Positions 47,871-59,298 of a DNA stretch of 64,000 bases are shown in pieces. The position numbers and the translations under genes are program-made. Positions within the stretch are counted from its first letter, which is position 1. The number at the start of each line of letters is the position of its first letter. Source of the stretch: Vitrella brassicaformis CCMP3155 (Eukaryota > Protista > Chromerida); NCBI GenBank assembly GCA_001179505.1, contig CDMY01000388.1:26234-90233 (forward strand), written 5' to 3'. Below the pieces are notes generated by a model, which did no database searches, was not told the origin of the DNA, and was given only the letters and a program-made list of their open reading frames with translations.

Positions 47871-48574
47871 CACGCACTTTAAGTGCAAATGCCCTCCGTC
47901 TTGTCCCCGTCTCTGTCTCTTTCTGATCGCGCAAACGCTTCTGTCGCCATTTGCAGCAGTTGGACTTGATTGCGATGTCCGGATGGTCAGGGGCCAGCCC
48001 TGGGCCATGTACCAGCTTCGGAAGCGGTCAGTCTCCTCCTCATTTGAGGCCGCTGCCGCGGACGCCGAGCCCGCGTCGTGTCTGCCTGCAGCCATACACG
48101 TGTGATTCATCCATGTGTGTCCGCCATCGATGCTGCACCTCCTCTGTCCATCGCGCTTTGCTCTTGTGCACTCCGTCTGGTCGTCGCAGCCGATGACGGT
48201 CCATCGGGCGCTTCGCTGGACGAAGATGACGGCTCCGACATTATTCACCAAATCTGCATCATTCTGTGGAATCAATTGGGGCGAGGTTGTTGAAGGAGCG
48301 ACCTCCCCCAAAGCTCGCGATGATCGACCAGGGAGTCGGCAGGGAGATGTATATGTATAAACGATGTCCATAAATGAGCCAGCCAGCCAGCCAACCACAG
48401 TATATATATCATGCAGCAGCAGCAGCAGCAGCTCTATAAATGCACTCGCCACATGGCATTGCACCACACCACACAAAGACCCATCCGGCCAAGATTGACA
48501 GGCCTCAAAACCGCACCTATGCCTTTGCTTTTCCGTTGACGATGTCCTGCACTTTGCAGACGACACTGAACGTG

Positions 48575-50933
48575 TCAGGCTGCTCGTACATACAATCCCA
48601 CATCGTAAACACCTACAGCGAGCAGCACAGGTGGACGCACATGTTGACCCACTGGCTGGTTGCCAGATCTAGAGCTCAAATCAGTGGGAAGCCTCCTCCC
48701 GTCGCGTGGCAGGGCCATCAGCTCCTTCACAGAATCGAGCTGCAGCCACATACAGACACACAGAGGGCCCGTCTGTCTGTCTGTCTGTCTCTGTGTGTCT
48801 CTGTGTGTCTCTGTGGCTGCCTGGTTCACTCACCCTGAACAGCCAGATGCGGAAGACATTGGTGGCGATCTTCTTGCGCTCCATCTGACGGTCGCCGTAT
48901 CTGCAAACACACATGCACACACTCATGCGGCCCGCCGCGCATCCATCGTCCTTGGCTCACCCCACGAACTCGCTGAGAATGGACATCATGATATCGAAGA
49001 CCTCTTCGTCCGCTATCTGGATGTCGCCCCGGGCATGCTTGGCCATCAGGTCACACACAGCGCCCGCGATCGACTTGTCACACGCTACCTGACAGCCAGC
49101 CAGCCAGCCAGCCAGCCAGACGTCCACAAATGGACAATCGCAAAAGGCATATGGAAGCAGACCTTTTCGTTGATCTGAGCCATGTTGTATAGCAGATGGA
49201 GGCACGCCCGGAGCGCATGGCTCTCCGAGAAGGACTGCTCACGCACCAGCTGGTCGTCTTGCAGGATGTGGAGGACCGCCTGCACCCAGCCGGCCTCCAC
49301 AAGGGCAGCAGTGTGCTCTCGAGCACGATCGAGGGACGAATCTGATCGTCATACACAACAGGCAGACCGCCATGCACACGCACACGCGCGAATGAATGAA
49401 TGAATGAATGTATGCGTGTACCTGACAGGTGCATGGCGACGCACACCGGCATGAAGATGTCCATGTTGATCTTGTTGCAGAAGCCCTTCGGCGTGATCAT
49501 CAGCAGGGGGTTGTCCAGGATGCCGCCGCTGTCCGTTGCGCCGAGCAGTGTGGCCATGGTCTTAAGGGCCGAACCGTCCGACACCAACACACGCACCGGC
49601 TCGCGCAACACTGATATGCAATGAGACCACCGAAGGAAACGCCCAGATGCGGGCGGTCGTTGCGAAAGCCGCTGTACCTTTGTCGACGAGAATGAGTTTG
49701 TCCTTTGTAGGATGCTGGTTGTGGGGCAGGTGGGCGCAGCGGAAGACGCAGCCGATCAGACTCATCGCCAGCCGCTTCGTGCTGTCCTCCTTGCTGCTCG
49801 TGAGCACCTCCACCAGCCGGCCCACTCGCGGCACCAGCAGCTCCTCTATGGACGAAAACACCTCCTTGAAGCGACCAGAGGGCAACACAACACACAGGGC
49901 AGGGCACACACACCCGTCACCAAACACACCACACCCACATGCAGGTATTCCTTTGGTGCGGCAAGGCAACACACCGAGTTGCACAGCAGCGTCGATGTTC
50001 CGCTCCACAGTGGTCCGGGCCGAGCCGGCCACCATTTCCGCCAGCAGATGGAAGGGCATGCGGCATGACGCCCGCCACACGATTGGCAGCTGCTCGTCGG
50101 TGGCCACGCTCAGCAGCCGCATCCACATGGCCACGGGGCACATCGAGGGCGCCACGTGCTGGGAGAAAGTCAGGTAGAAGTGGAAGGCTGCACGGGCATC
50201 CAATCCATCCAATCCATCCAATCCATCCAATCCATCCGCCATCCATCCATCCATCCATTCACTCACCTTGGTTCATCTGCGGTGGGTAGCGCACAAGCAT
50301 CTCGGCGCGGGTCAGGAAGGCCGTGTGCTTGGCCAAAATGACCTCGCGGTAGTCGGGGCCCTGTCGTTGAAAGACGCTCTTGACGTCCCGCAGCGACAGG
50401 GGTATACCGCCGATTGTGTTGCTGGTGGTGGCCGACAGCAGGATCGTGTAGATGGCCTCGTCCACATCAGTGAATTGAGTCGAGTCAGGCAGGATCTGCT
50501 CCAGGGCCGCCAGCAGCCGCTTGACCACGGCCGGCTGCGACTCGAAGCAGAAGGGGTAGCCGGCGATGAGGAGCTTCGAGAAGGCGATGGCGGCCGCCTC
50601 ACGGCACGAACGACTGCTCGCAGCCTGCAAGCACCGCATGAGCCACATCACATCCACAGGCCATCCACTCATTCCGTTGCTGCGTCGTACCGTACATACC
50701 TGGATGATGGAAAGCACCGGCTGGTGCAGCGGCTTCTTGCCCTTGGCGAGCGGCGCCAGGATCTTCTTCATTCTTGCACCTCCCACACCGATAGCATCGT
50801 CTTTTTCGAGGTGGACGAGGTTGCTGAGCTTGTCGAGGAGCTTGTCCACATCTGGGTCGGTGTGCGGCGAGGCCTCGTGCAGCTGCTTGGCGATGGCTTC
50901 CAGCTGACTCACCAGCGATGAAGATGCCGTCAC
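48575..50933 (-). CDS. Hypothetical all-helical (ARM/HEAT-like) protein
   Basis: Successive helical exons (DKLLDKLSNLVHL, VVKRLLAALEQIL, VGRLVEVLTSSKEDSTKRLAMSLIGCV, GWVQAVLHILQ, ACLHLLYNMA) with GT-AG introns. No ATG found in frame; ends uncertain. Confidence 0.5.
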
Positions 50934-51441
50934 GGTGACCCGGACAGAACGAAGGAACGAAAGAACGGCCTTCCTCCGTCAGAGCTCGCAGATCGACGCT
51001 CAAGGTTTGAGTGGACGCCACACATGCATGCGAAGCTCGTCTTGACGAATGATGTGTGACGGACACATAGTTCGGTCCAGTGAGTCATTTCTCTGCAGCC
51101 CACATACAAACACACGCCCGTGAGGCCACGAAAAACCACTCCACTCACTCCACTCCGTCACTTGTCACGTGTGTGTGTGCTGCACGTCGTGCGGTGCTGT
51201 GCTGTGCTGTGTCGTGTACACCACAGGCAGCCATATGTATATGCATGCCAGTCAGACACACAGGTATACTTGGAACCCACCAGCAAGTAATATACGAGAT
51301 AAATGCACTCCAGATCTGGATAGCCTGCCTTCCCTTCCTGTCAGCCAGCCAGCCAATCAATCGTCACCCAGTCAACAGACCAGACCATGCAACCCCGCCA
51401 TCCCATCCCATCCCTTCATCCCCCCATCGCCCCGTCATCCC

Positions 51442-54400
51442 TCACTCTTTGCTGCCTGCCTCGCTGCCATCTCCACCCGGCCCGCCGGCAGACTGCTTCC
51501 GTTGCAGCCCACCAATCGCCAGCGAAAACAGACGACCAGGCACCCGCACCCGAGTGGGCTTCCCGGCATTGTCCTGACTGCTGTTGTCGGCTCGGTCGAG
51601 TGGCTCGGTGGCGCTCCTGAGAGTGGGCGGCGGGCTGGGTAGCCTCTCCTCTGCCTTGGGGGGGCTGACCACAGCTGCCGCCGCTGCTGCTGGGGGTGCT
51701 TGGGGGGCTGGTGTCGGTGCTGCAGATGACGACGATGGTCCTGATGGTGCTGACACATGGTTGAGGTGATGGTTGCCCCCCTCCCTGTCCCTCTCCTTGT
51801 CCCTCTCCTTGTCCTTCTCCCTTTCCCTCTCGCGCCTGCGGTTGCCCCCTCCTGGCCCACTGTCCTTCCCGGCGTCACTGGTTCTCTCCTTGCCCCGACC
51901 CTGAGGCTTCTCCCTCGTCGGCGGCCTCTCCCTCTCATCTCGATCGTGGGGCCCATCCGTCCCGCCCGTCTGATCGCCGCTGGCCCGTTTCCCTTTGCCG
52001 ACGTGCCGACTGGTCGGCTGCTCGGATGGGGGCTCGGTGGGAACCGCGGGGCTGGAGGTTGATCCGGTCTCACGGTGCTGCTGCGACTTTGGGCCTTCGC
52101 GACGGACAGCGGGCGCTGGGGTTGGCGATGTTGCCTCAGGCGGGGACTCTGCCGGCGCTGGCTGAGTAGACGATGATGACGCAGCAGCCGCAGAAGCAGA
52201 AGCAGAAGAAGCGTCGTTGGCTTCCTCATTGGTATTGATATTGTCTTGAGAGGCGTCGGACCTCTTGTGTCCCCCTCCCCCTCCATCGCGTTTTCCTCCC
52301 CCCGGCCTCTCGCGACGCTGCCGACCTTCACCGGCACTGCCTTGCTGCGTGCCTTCGCGCGGTCTGCCTCCTGCCAGAGCGGTGTGGATGACACCCACAG
52401 TGGCTATCTTCGGCCTCGGGCGATCGGCCGACTCGTCTGGCTGTTTCCTGCCGATCGACGGCGCCCATGACGTCTGCGGGCCGGCGGGAGCGAGCGACGC
52501 CGGCACGAAGGCGGCGAGGGGGGCCGAAAGCTGACGCTCCGGATGCTCACGCTCGCGGCTCTCTTTCTCCTGTTGCGGCTGCGGCTGCTGCTGCTGCTTG
52601 CCGGTGGTGTCGCCGCCGGCCTTCTTACCCCTCTCCCTCTCCTGTGGCTCTTCGGTCCGCTGCTGGACTACTCGGTTCTCGTCTCTTGTGGGACGCTGCT
52701 GTCGGTCGACGATGGGCGGGGGGGACTGAGACATAGGTGGCGATGCGCCTACGGACGGCATCTCGCGATCCTCCACACCCCTCCTGTGCTTGGGGAACAG
52801 CCCCCGACCCGCCCCACTCGACGGCCGGGCCGGAGCTTGCGGAACGGACGAGCCGGCGGTGGGCTTCCACGCAGTCTTGGGCTGGTATCTCGGCACCGGC
52901 AGCCCCTCGCCCCTCCCTCGATGGTCGCCACGGTCCGTGTCATGGTGGTGGTGGTTGTGGTGGTGGTCATTGCGATCTGCCCGTGGGTGTGCGAGGTGCG
53001 GGTGTCGTGGGCTGAGGCTCTCATTGGGGCCGTCGTCGGACGGGGAGGGGGGCGGGTGGGCGGGGGGAGGCGGCACACGAGAGCCTCCTGAGCCGCTCTT
53101 GGCCTTGCCGTCCCCCCTGGTGCTGCTGGCAGTGCTGTCCTGTCGGTCCATGTTGCCCCTCTCCTCCTTGTGCTGCTGCGATGTCGCCTCCCTTGCCGTG
53201 GCCACGGGGACCCACCTCTTGCTGCTGGGACTCTCCGGCACCGACGGCGACTCCCCGTCGATCGACTGGCTGGCGTCCCTCCTGCCCCCCTGTGGCTGCT
53301 GCCTCCTGACAGGCACGATGATTACGTCGGCCTCCAGCTCACTCCTCAGCGACCCGCGCCTCTTGGGCTCTCTGCGCCGCTGCTCGCGATCGCCACGCGG
53401 GCCCTTGTACGAAAGCTGGGGGCTGTCCATGGCATCTGGTGCTGCTGACGGCTTGCTCTGGACAGCCGGCGGGGTCTCCTTGACTGCTGGCGGCTCAGAA
53501 GGCTTCTGGCTGGCGGGGATGGGCACGTCCGTCTCAGGGGCCATGCGATGGTGGTCAACTACAGCTGATGCTGACGCAGACGAAGATGGCTGCTCAAGTG
53601 CTTGTGGGGGGGCGGGGGCTGCGGCGGGTGCTGGGGCGGGTGCAGCAGCAGGGACTGGCGAGCCTTGCGTCGATCTTGAAACACCACCACCACCACCACG
53701 GGCCTCATCCACCGCTGGCTGATTCTCTTTGCCACGCCGGAACCGCTCTCTTGTCATAACCTCGTTGTCCACAGCCACAGCCACAGCCACACGCACAGGC
53801 ACAGGCACCTCCCTCTCCTGTTGCGGCTCCTCTGCTTGCATCGCATTGGGGCACTCAGGCTCAGGCATGACCACTGGGGGCGGCAGTGGCTCGAAGTGCT
53901 GCTCGTGCTTACCGTCCAAACCGTTCAAACCGTCCGTCGCCACGCCGTTGTCCTCTCTCTCCCTCTCGTCGGAGCTGGCTTGCTCCACGTCTGGGTCCGT
54001 CTGCACCTCCTGCGTGAAGCGGGCAGGGGCGGGGGAGGCCACCGGCACCTGATGGGGGTGGGGGTATGGCTGCTGCTGCTGCTGGTGCTGATGGTGGGCG
54101 GCCACGATGCTCACAAGAGGCGGCACCACCATTGCCTCATCCGCCCTCTGTGTCGGCATCCTGCCCCCAGACGGGACTTGATCGCTCGGATGGCCAGCCT
54201 GTGGCTGTCGGGGTCGTGTGGCCGGCGGCCCCCTCTCCCTCTCCCTCTCCCTTGGGCTGCCATTGCCCGATCCAAAGGGCCACGCACGGTGAGCAGCAAC
54301 AGCAGCAGCACTGGCAGCCGCAGGCGAGCTGTCGACTGAGGGAGCGCCGTCCATGTCGACGGCGAGCCTGCCGTCCGGGCTGTACTCCCACTGCGCGATG

Positions 54401-57400
54401 GCCTCCAGCCGAGGCGGGTGCTGCTGGTGCTGACGCCTGGGCTGATGCGGTGGCGGTGCAGCGGCCTGCCTGTCGTCCAAGTAGATGATGGCCTGGTGGT
54501 GGGGGGTGTGCGTGTCGGGGGCGGGCAGCAAGCCGGTCGAAAGGGCCCGCATCTGTGCGATGGGCGACGAGTCCCCCGACATCTGGCGGTGGGGCTGTGT
54601 GAGCGGCTGGTGCGGTGTGTGGGCGATGAGGGGCCGCATGGGGTCCGTGATGTCGTCTCTGCGCGTCGACGCCGATTGCACCGACGAGGAGGGCATCGGC
54701 GCGTTTGCGATCCCGCGGGTGCGGCTGCCGCCCCCCAACGCCCTCCTCTCTCTCTCGTGAGACGACGGCACCCCCGATTGGCTCATCGATCGGTGGTGCT
54801 CCTCACCCATGCCCACACCAATCGCCATAACGGCATGCAGGCTGTCCGCTGCCGCAGAACCCCGCCCAAAGGCTGGTGCCTCGCCGTGTTGTGTGTGTGA
54901 GGAGGGAACAATCCCCTGCCGATATGACGCCGCCAGTGGAGCCGACACAGCGAGTGTCGACCTGTGTGGGTACATGGAGTGAGCAGCAGCAGCGGCCGCT
55001 TGCATCGTCGAGGACGACGCCCGCGTGCCGCCGCCCGTCGCGAGCGACGAAACGCGGTCGTGCGATTTCTCGCGGGATGGTGTGTGGACGTAGTGGTTGT
55101 GGGTGTGGTTGTGGTGAGCCGAGAAGGGGCTCTGGCTGTGCGACAGCTGATGGTGGGGGTGGTGGTGGTAGTGGGTCGACGGCAGGGTGGCGGGGTTGGG
55201 GGTGCGCGGCGGCAGCTGAGGGGTGGTCACGGCCTTCTGGGGAGGGGAGCGCTGTCGGTGGTTCGACGACATGTGGCTCGACGCATAACGCTGGTGCTGC
55301 TGCGGCGGCTGCTGGCCACCCCCAGCCATAGCCATGCCTGCTCACGCCACGCGCCACGCACAAACAGAGACAAAAGGAAGGATAGAGGGATGGACCGACC
55401 GACCGACGAGAAATGAATGACCCGTTCCTCTCTGGCGTCGCTGCGTACCATCAACAGGCTGCAGAGGTCTCCCGTTTCCATTATTCTCGCCAGGGTACCG
55501 TCCGCCTCCCCCTGCTCCCTTCATGTCGCCGTAGTGGTTGATCCGCGCGGCCGGGTACTTGGCGTGGGCAGCGTAGTAGGGCGACGGAATCGACTGCGGG
55601 GTGGGCATCAGCGGATTCTTTCCACCCTGCTGCATCGCTCTCACGCCGTTAACCTTGGACACGTGGCTCACGGGGGGCGGTGGTTGCTGCTGCTGATGCT
55701 GGTGCTGATCTGACGGAGGCGGGGGCCTGTGGTAACTTGAGCCGTGCGGCTGCTGTGTCTGCATGGCGGGCGATGGGTGATGGTAGGGGTGCACATCCGG
55801 TGGCGGCGGCGGGGCGGGATGCTGCGACGCCCCCTGCACGCCCAGACCCCGCCCACGGCCACCATATCTGGCGCCATCATGCTCCTGGTGAAATGAAGAA
55901 GGAGACGGCACACGCTGGTAGGGCGCTGGCGATGGGGACGGATCAGGAAGGACGCCGGGCGGCTGCCGTGGGACCATGCGATCAGCCGAGGGCCTTTGCT
56001 GTTGCTGCTGCTGGTAGCCGTCATGTGGATGGGGCTTGACTAAGGACAGAGCTGGTGTGGACGGTGCCGGGGTGGTCATCTGAGAGGTCATCTGTGAGTC
56101 CGGCTGCTGGTTGTGGTGCGATGGCGTCGGCGGGGGCTTGGCCAAGCCCACGCCGCTGCTGCTGCTGCTGCTGCTGCTGCCTTGTGGCTGCTGCTGTGAT
56201 TGCTGGTGCTGCTGCTGCTGCTGGTGCCTGTGTGTGTTGTTCAAAAACTGCATGAAGCCGAAGGCTGACGTGAAGTCGATGCCAGGCATGTGCTTGAGGT
56301 GCTCGAAGCCGGGCATGTTCTTGATGTGCTCAAAGATGGTGTGCACCAACCGGAACTGACTGTCGTGCTGGCTGCCATGTGTCTGGCCCGACACAGCACC
56401 AGGGGCCCCCTGGGCGGTGGTGCTCTGCGGCAGAGACGCGTGCAGCGCGCTGTAGAGACCGGCAGCAGCCACAGCTGCCTGCTGCTGCTGATGCTGCTGA
56501 TGTTGCTGCTGCTGCTGCTGAGACATAATGGCGGGGCCCATCATCATCTGCTGCTGCTGCTGCTGCTGCACAGGGGGGCGGCCCACATGGCCAGTCCCAT
56601 TAGCTCCACCATCACTGCTGCTGCTGTTGCTGCTGGACGGCGCAGACTTGCCGCTGCCTCCGACCCCCCCGTGCAGGACGGCAGACGTCGAGCCCCCCGC
56701 GGCCACGTCGCCCCCTCCCTCTCCCGGCCGTCCTTCGGTCGCCGACGCAGCCAGAGATGGCAGCGGAGACGATGCCGCCGTCACGGCCCTGGAGGACACG
56801 TGCGAGTTGGCCGCACTGTCGTCGGCTCGCAGGTCGCTGTCAGACAGTCTCCGCACCGTGGCACCCTCGTCGGGGGTCTCCCTGGGTGGTGGCGGGGGCG
56901 GCGGCGGCTGTGGCGGCTGTGGCTGCGGAGGGGGGATAATGATCGTGCGAGTGTTGGTGTCTGCAGCTGCTGTGGGCATCAGGGGCATGGGCGGCTCGGG
57001 CAGCTTCATGGGCGGCGAGTAGGGCGAGAGGGGGATGATGTCATTGACCGTCTTGAGGCCGTGGGTCTCGCAGTGCTTGCACCATCGCGTCAAGGGCTGG
57101 ATCGGCGCCTTGACCGCGATCTTCTTCCACATCTCCTCAACATTGGTGTGCCAGTAAGGCGCCTTGGACGCCAGACGGGTCAGCTCGTCCAGCCGGCGCA
57201 CCTCATCGGACGGCAGCATGTAGGACCTGGCGGTGGTGGTTGTGGCGGTGACCATGAGGCGGCACACGAACTGGCAGGGGTTGAAGAGGACGTGTGTGGC
57301 GTCGGGGTCCCTGCAGGCCAGCGGGATGAGGTCGGCCTCGGAGTGCTCGTGAGAGTAGCGGGGGCGCAACCCATGAGGCAGCCCGTGAATCACAGACCTG

Positions 57401-58707
57401 CAACACAACACGCGCACACACACAGAGGCACACACAGGGGATGGATGCAGGTGTGTGTATGGTATGGTGGTGCACACTCGTCCCTGGTGCCTGTCGGTGT
57501 GTCGATTCGGTGTGTGTGTTGACCTAAGTACCTGATGTCTCTTCTGCTGAGGAAGTCTTTGCTCCACCAGGAGTCCCAGTCAGGACACAGCCTGACCACC
57601 TGCACCACCAGCAGGTTGCCCTCAATCAGCGCCACCCCAAACAGCCCCGGCCAGTCGGCCGGTGGAGGCTCTATCGACGCGGGGATGAGGTAAAGGTTGG
57701 AATCCTGCACCACCGTCGCCATGTTGACACGCCCGCTCCGCATACCCATGTCGAAAATCCGGTTGGCCCGACCAATCTCCCACTGGTACAGCAGCCACGT
57801 CGCTGAGCTGACCTTCCCCGCCAGGTCCAGTGGCGGCTCCCCCGTCCCCCCGCCGCCCTTGCCCGCCGGATCCTCTATCGTCAACAGCTCATCCCACACG
57901 CCGCCGTGACACTGAGGCCCCAGGATTCGGGCCGCCACCTCAGTACCGTTCTTCTCGGTCGAGCACCGCTGGGTCACCGATATGGTCTGGGAGAGCCGCT
58001 TTCTGTCGCACAGGCGGCGGAAGAGCGACACTAGAGAGGCCGAGACGGACGAGTGGAGGACCGCCATTCGGTCGAGTGGCGGTGGGAGGTCCAGTGTCTC
58101 GAAGTTGTCATTCCAGACGGTGAGGAGCGTCCAGCAGATGGACGGCAGGCCGCCGTCGCGCATGGCGGGGAGCCGCCTTGCCTTCACCCAGTACTTGAGC
58201 AGCCGCATCACCGATTTCAAGTGGGGCCGCTTCTCAACAACCTTTCATTCACACACACACACACAAGGCACCCGCCACACACCGATACACACACTCATTG
58301 CCAGCCGATGCATTCCATGCCATGCCCCCTGTCTGTTTCGCTCCGACCGACCTCTCCGAAGAACTCCGTGTGTCTGATGGAGTTTTCGGTGTTGACGGAC
58401 AGGTCGCACACGACGGTGAGTGACACGGCGCGAATGCTGATGATGGGCACCTTGGCCGACTCGACCAGCTGCAACTCGCAGTCCTTGAGGACGAAGAAAG
58501 GGTGCGACGGGGGGTAGTCATGGGTGTGCTCCCGCAGCTGCCGCAGACCGGTGCTGATGGCCTGCAGCACGTTCTTGGTGTCGCTGTGCTCCACGCGGAT
58601 CACCACGTCCAGGTCGCTGTAGCGGGTCTCCACGTCCCAGGCCGTCGAGCCCGCCAACTCCAGCTGAGCACTCTCCCCTGACATGACAGACAGACAGACC
58701 CACACAC

Positions 58708-58738
<31 letters not shown>

Positions 58739-59130
58739 CACACAGTGCACGCCACGCGCTGATTCGAAATCGTGTGTGTGAAAGGGCGGGTGGGCGGGAG
58801 GTTATGAGGCTGTCTTTCGGTCGGCTGTCTGGCTGTTTCGTGGTTTGTACCGAGTGTGTGGGAGATGAATGCCTTGAGGGAGTCCATGAGTGTCTTCTTC
58901 TTCCTCCTCTCCTCCTCGTTGGGCGTTATTTCCCGCAGCATGGCCGCCAGCTGGTCGTCCGAGGCGGCGAAGACCGCAAAGGACGGGGGGGCATCGGCCA
59001 GGGCCACAGGCCCTCCCTCTCCCTCTCCCCTACGCCGGAGAGCCTCGTTGCCGCGCCAACTCGACACAGGGACGTACGCCAAGCTCTCCCTCTCCGGGTC
59101 AGCATAATGGTCAAAGCTGTTATTGGCCAT
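51442..59130 (-). CDS. Non-canonical poly(A) polymerase / terminal uridylyltransferase (Trf4/PAPD5/TUT family) with a ~1,900-aa low-complexity C-terminal extension
   Basis: ATG at 59130. Pol-beta NTase motif LAGSTAWDVETRYSDLDVV, AKVPII, third Asp VCDLSVN, RLLKYWVKARRL..GGLPS and PAP-associated LLTIEDP..DLAG. The ~55340-55400 intron (ACG G|GC ATG) joins the 55342-57567 ORF in frame to the 1297-aa ORF 51442-55335. Confidence 0.85.
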
Positions 59131-59298
59131 TTTCTTCCGCCGATTCTGTTGTGTTGCCTCGTTACAGAGCCAGCATTACGGTCTTAGAACGAACACGATT
59201 TCGAAAGGGAAGGAGGACTGCGAGCTAAGGGAGAGGGGGAAGCTGAGGCGATCCCCGTTTGTCCGTCTTATCTCTGGGCCTGTGGCTGATTGACCAAG
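59131..59298. promoter_or_regulatory. Putative bidirectional promoter between the nucleotidyltransferase (-) and OGDH (+)
   Basis: Divergent ATGs at 59130 and 59299, 168 bp apart. Confidence 0.55.

Noticed and set aside
51584-57522. Long plus-strand ORFs antisense to the nucleotidyltransferase (e.g. 52790-53722, 56290-57522)
   Set aside because: These are shadow ORFs expected opposite GC-rich low-complexity coding exons, with no recognisable motifs.
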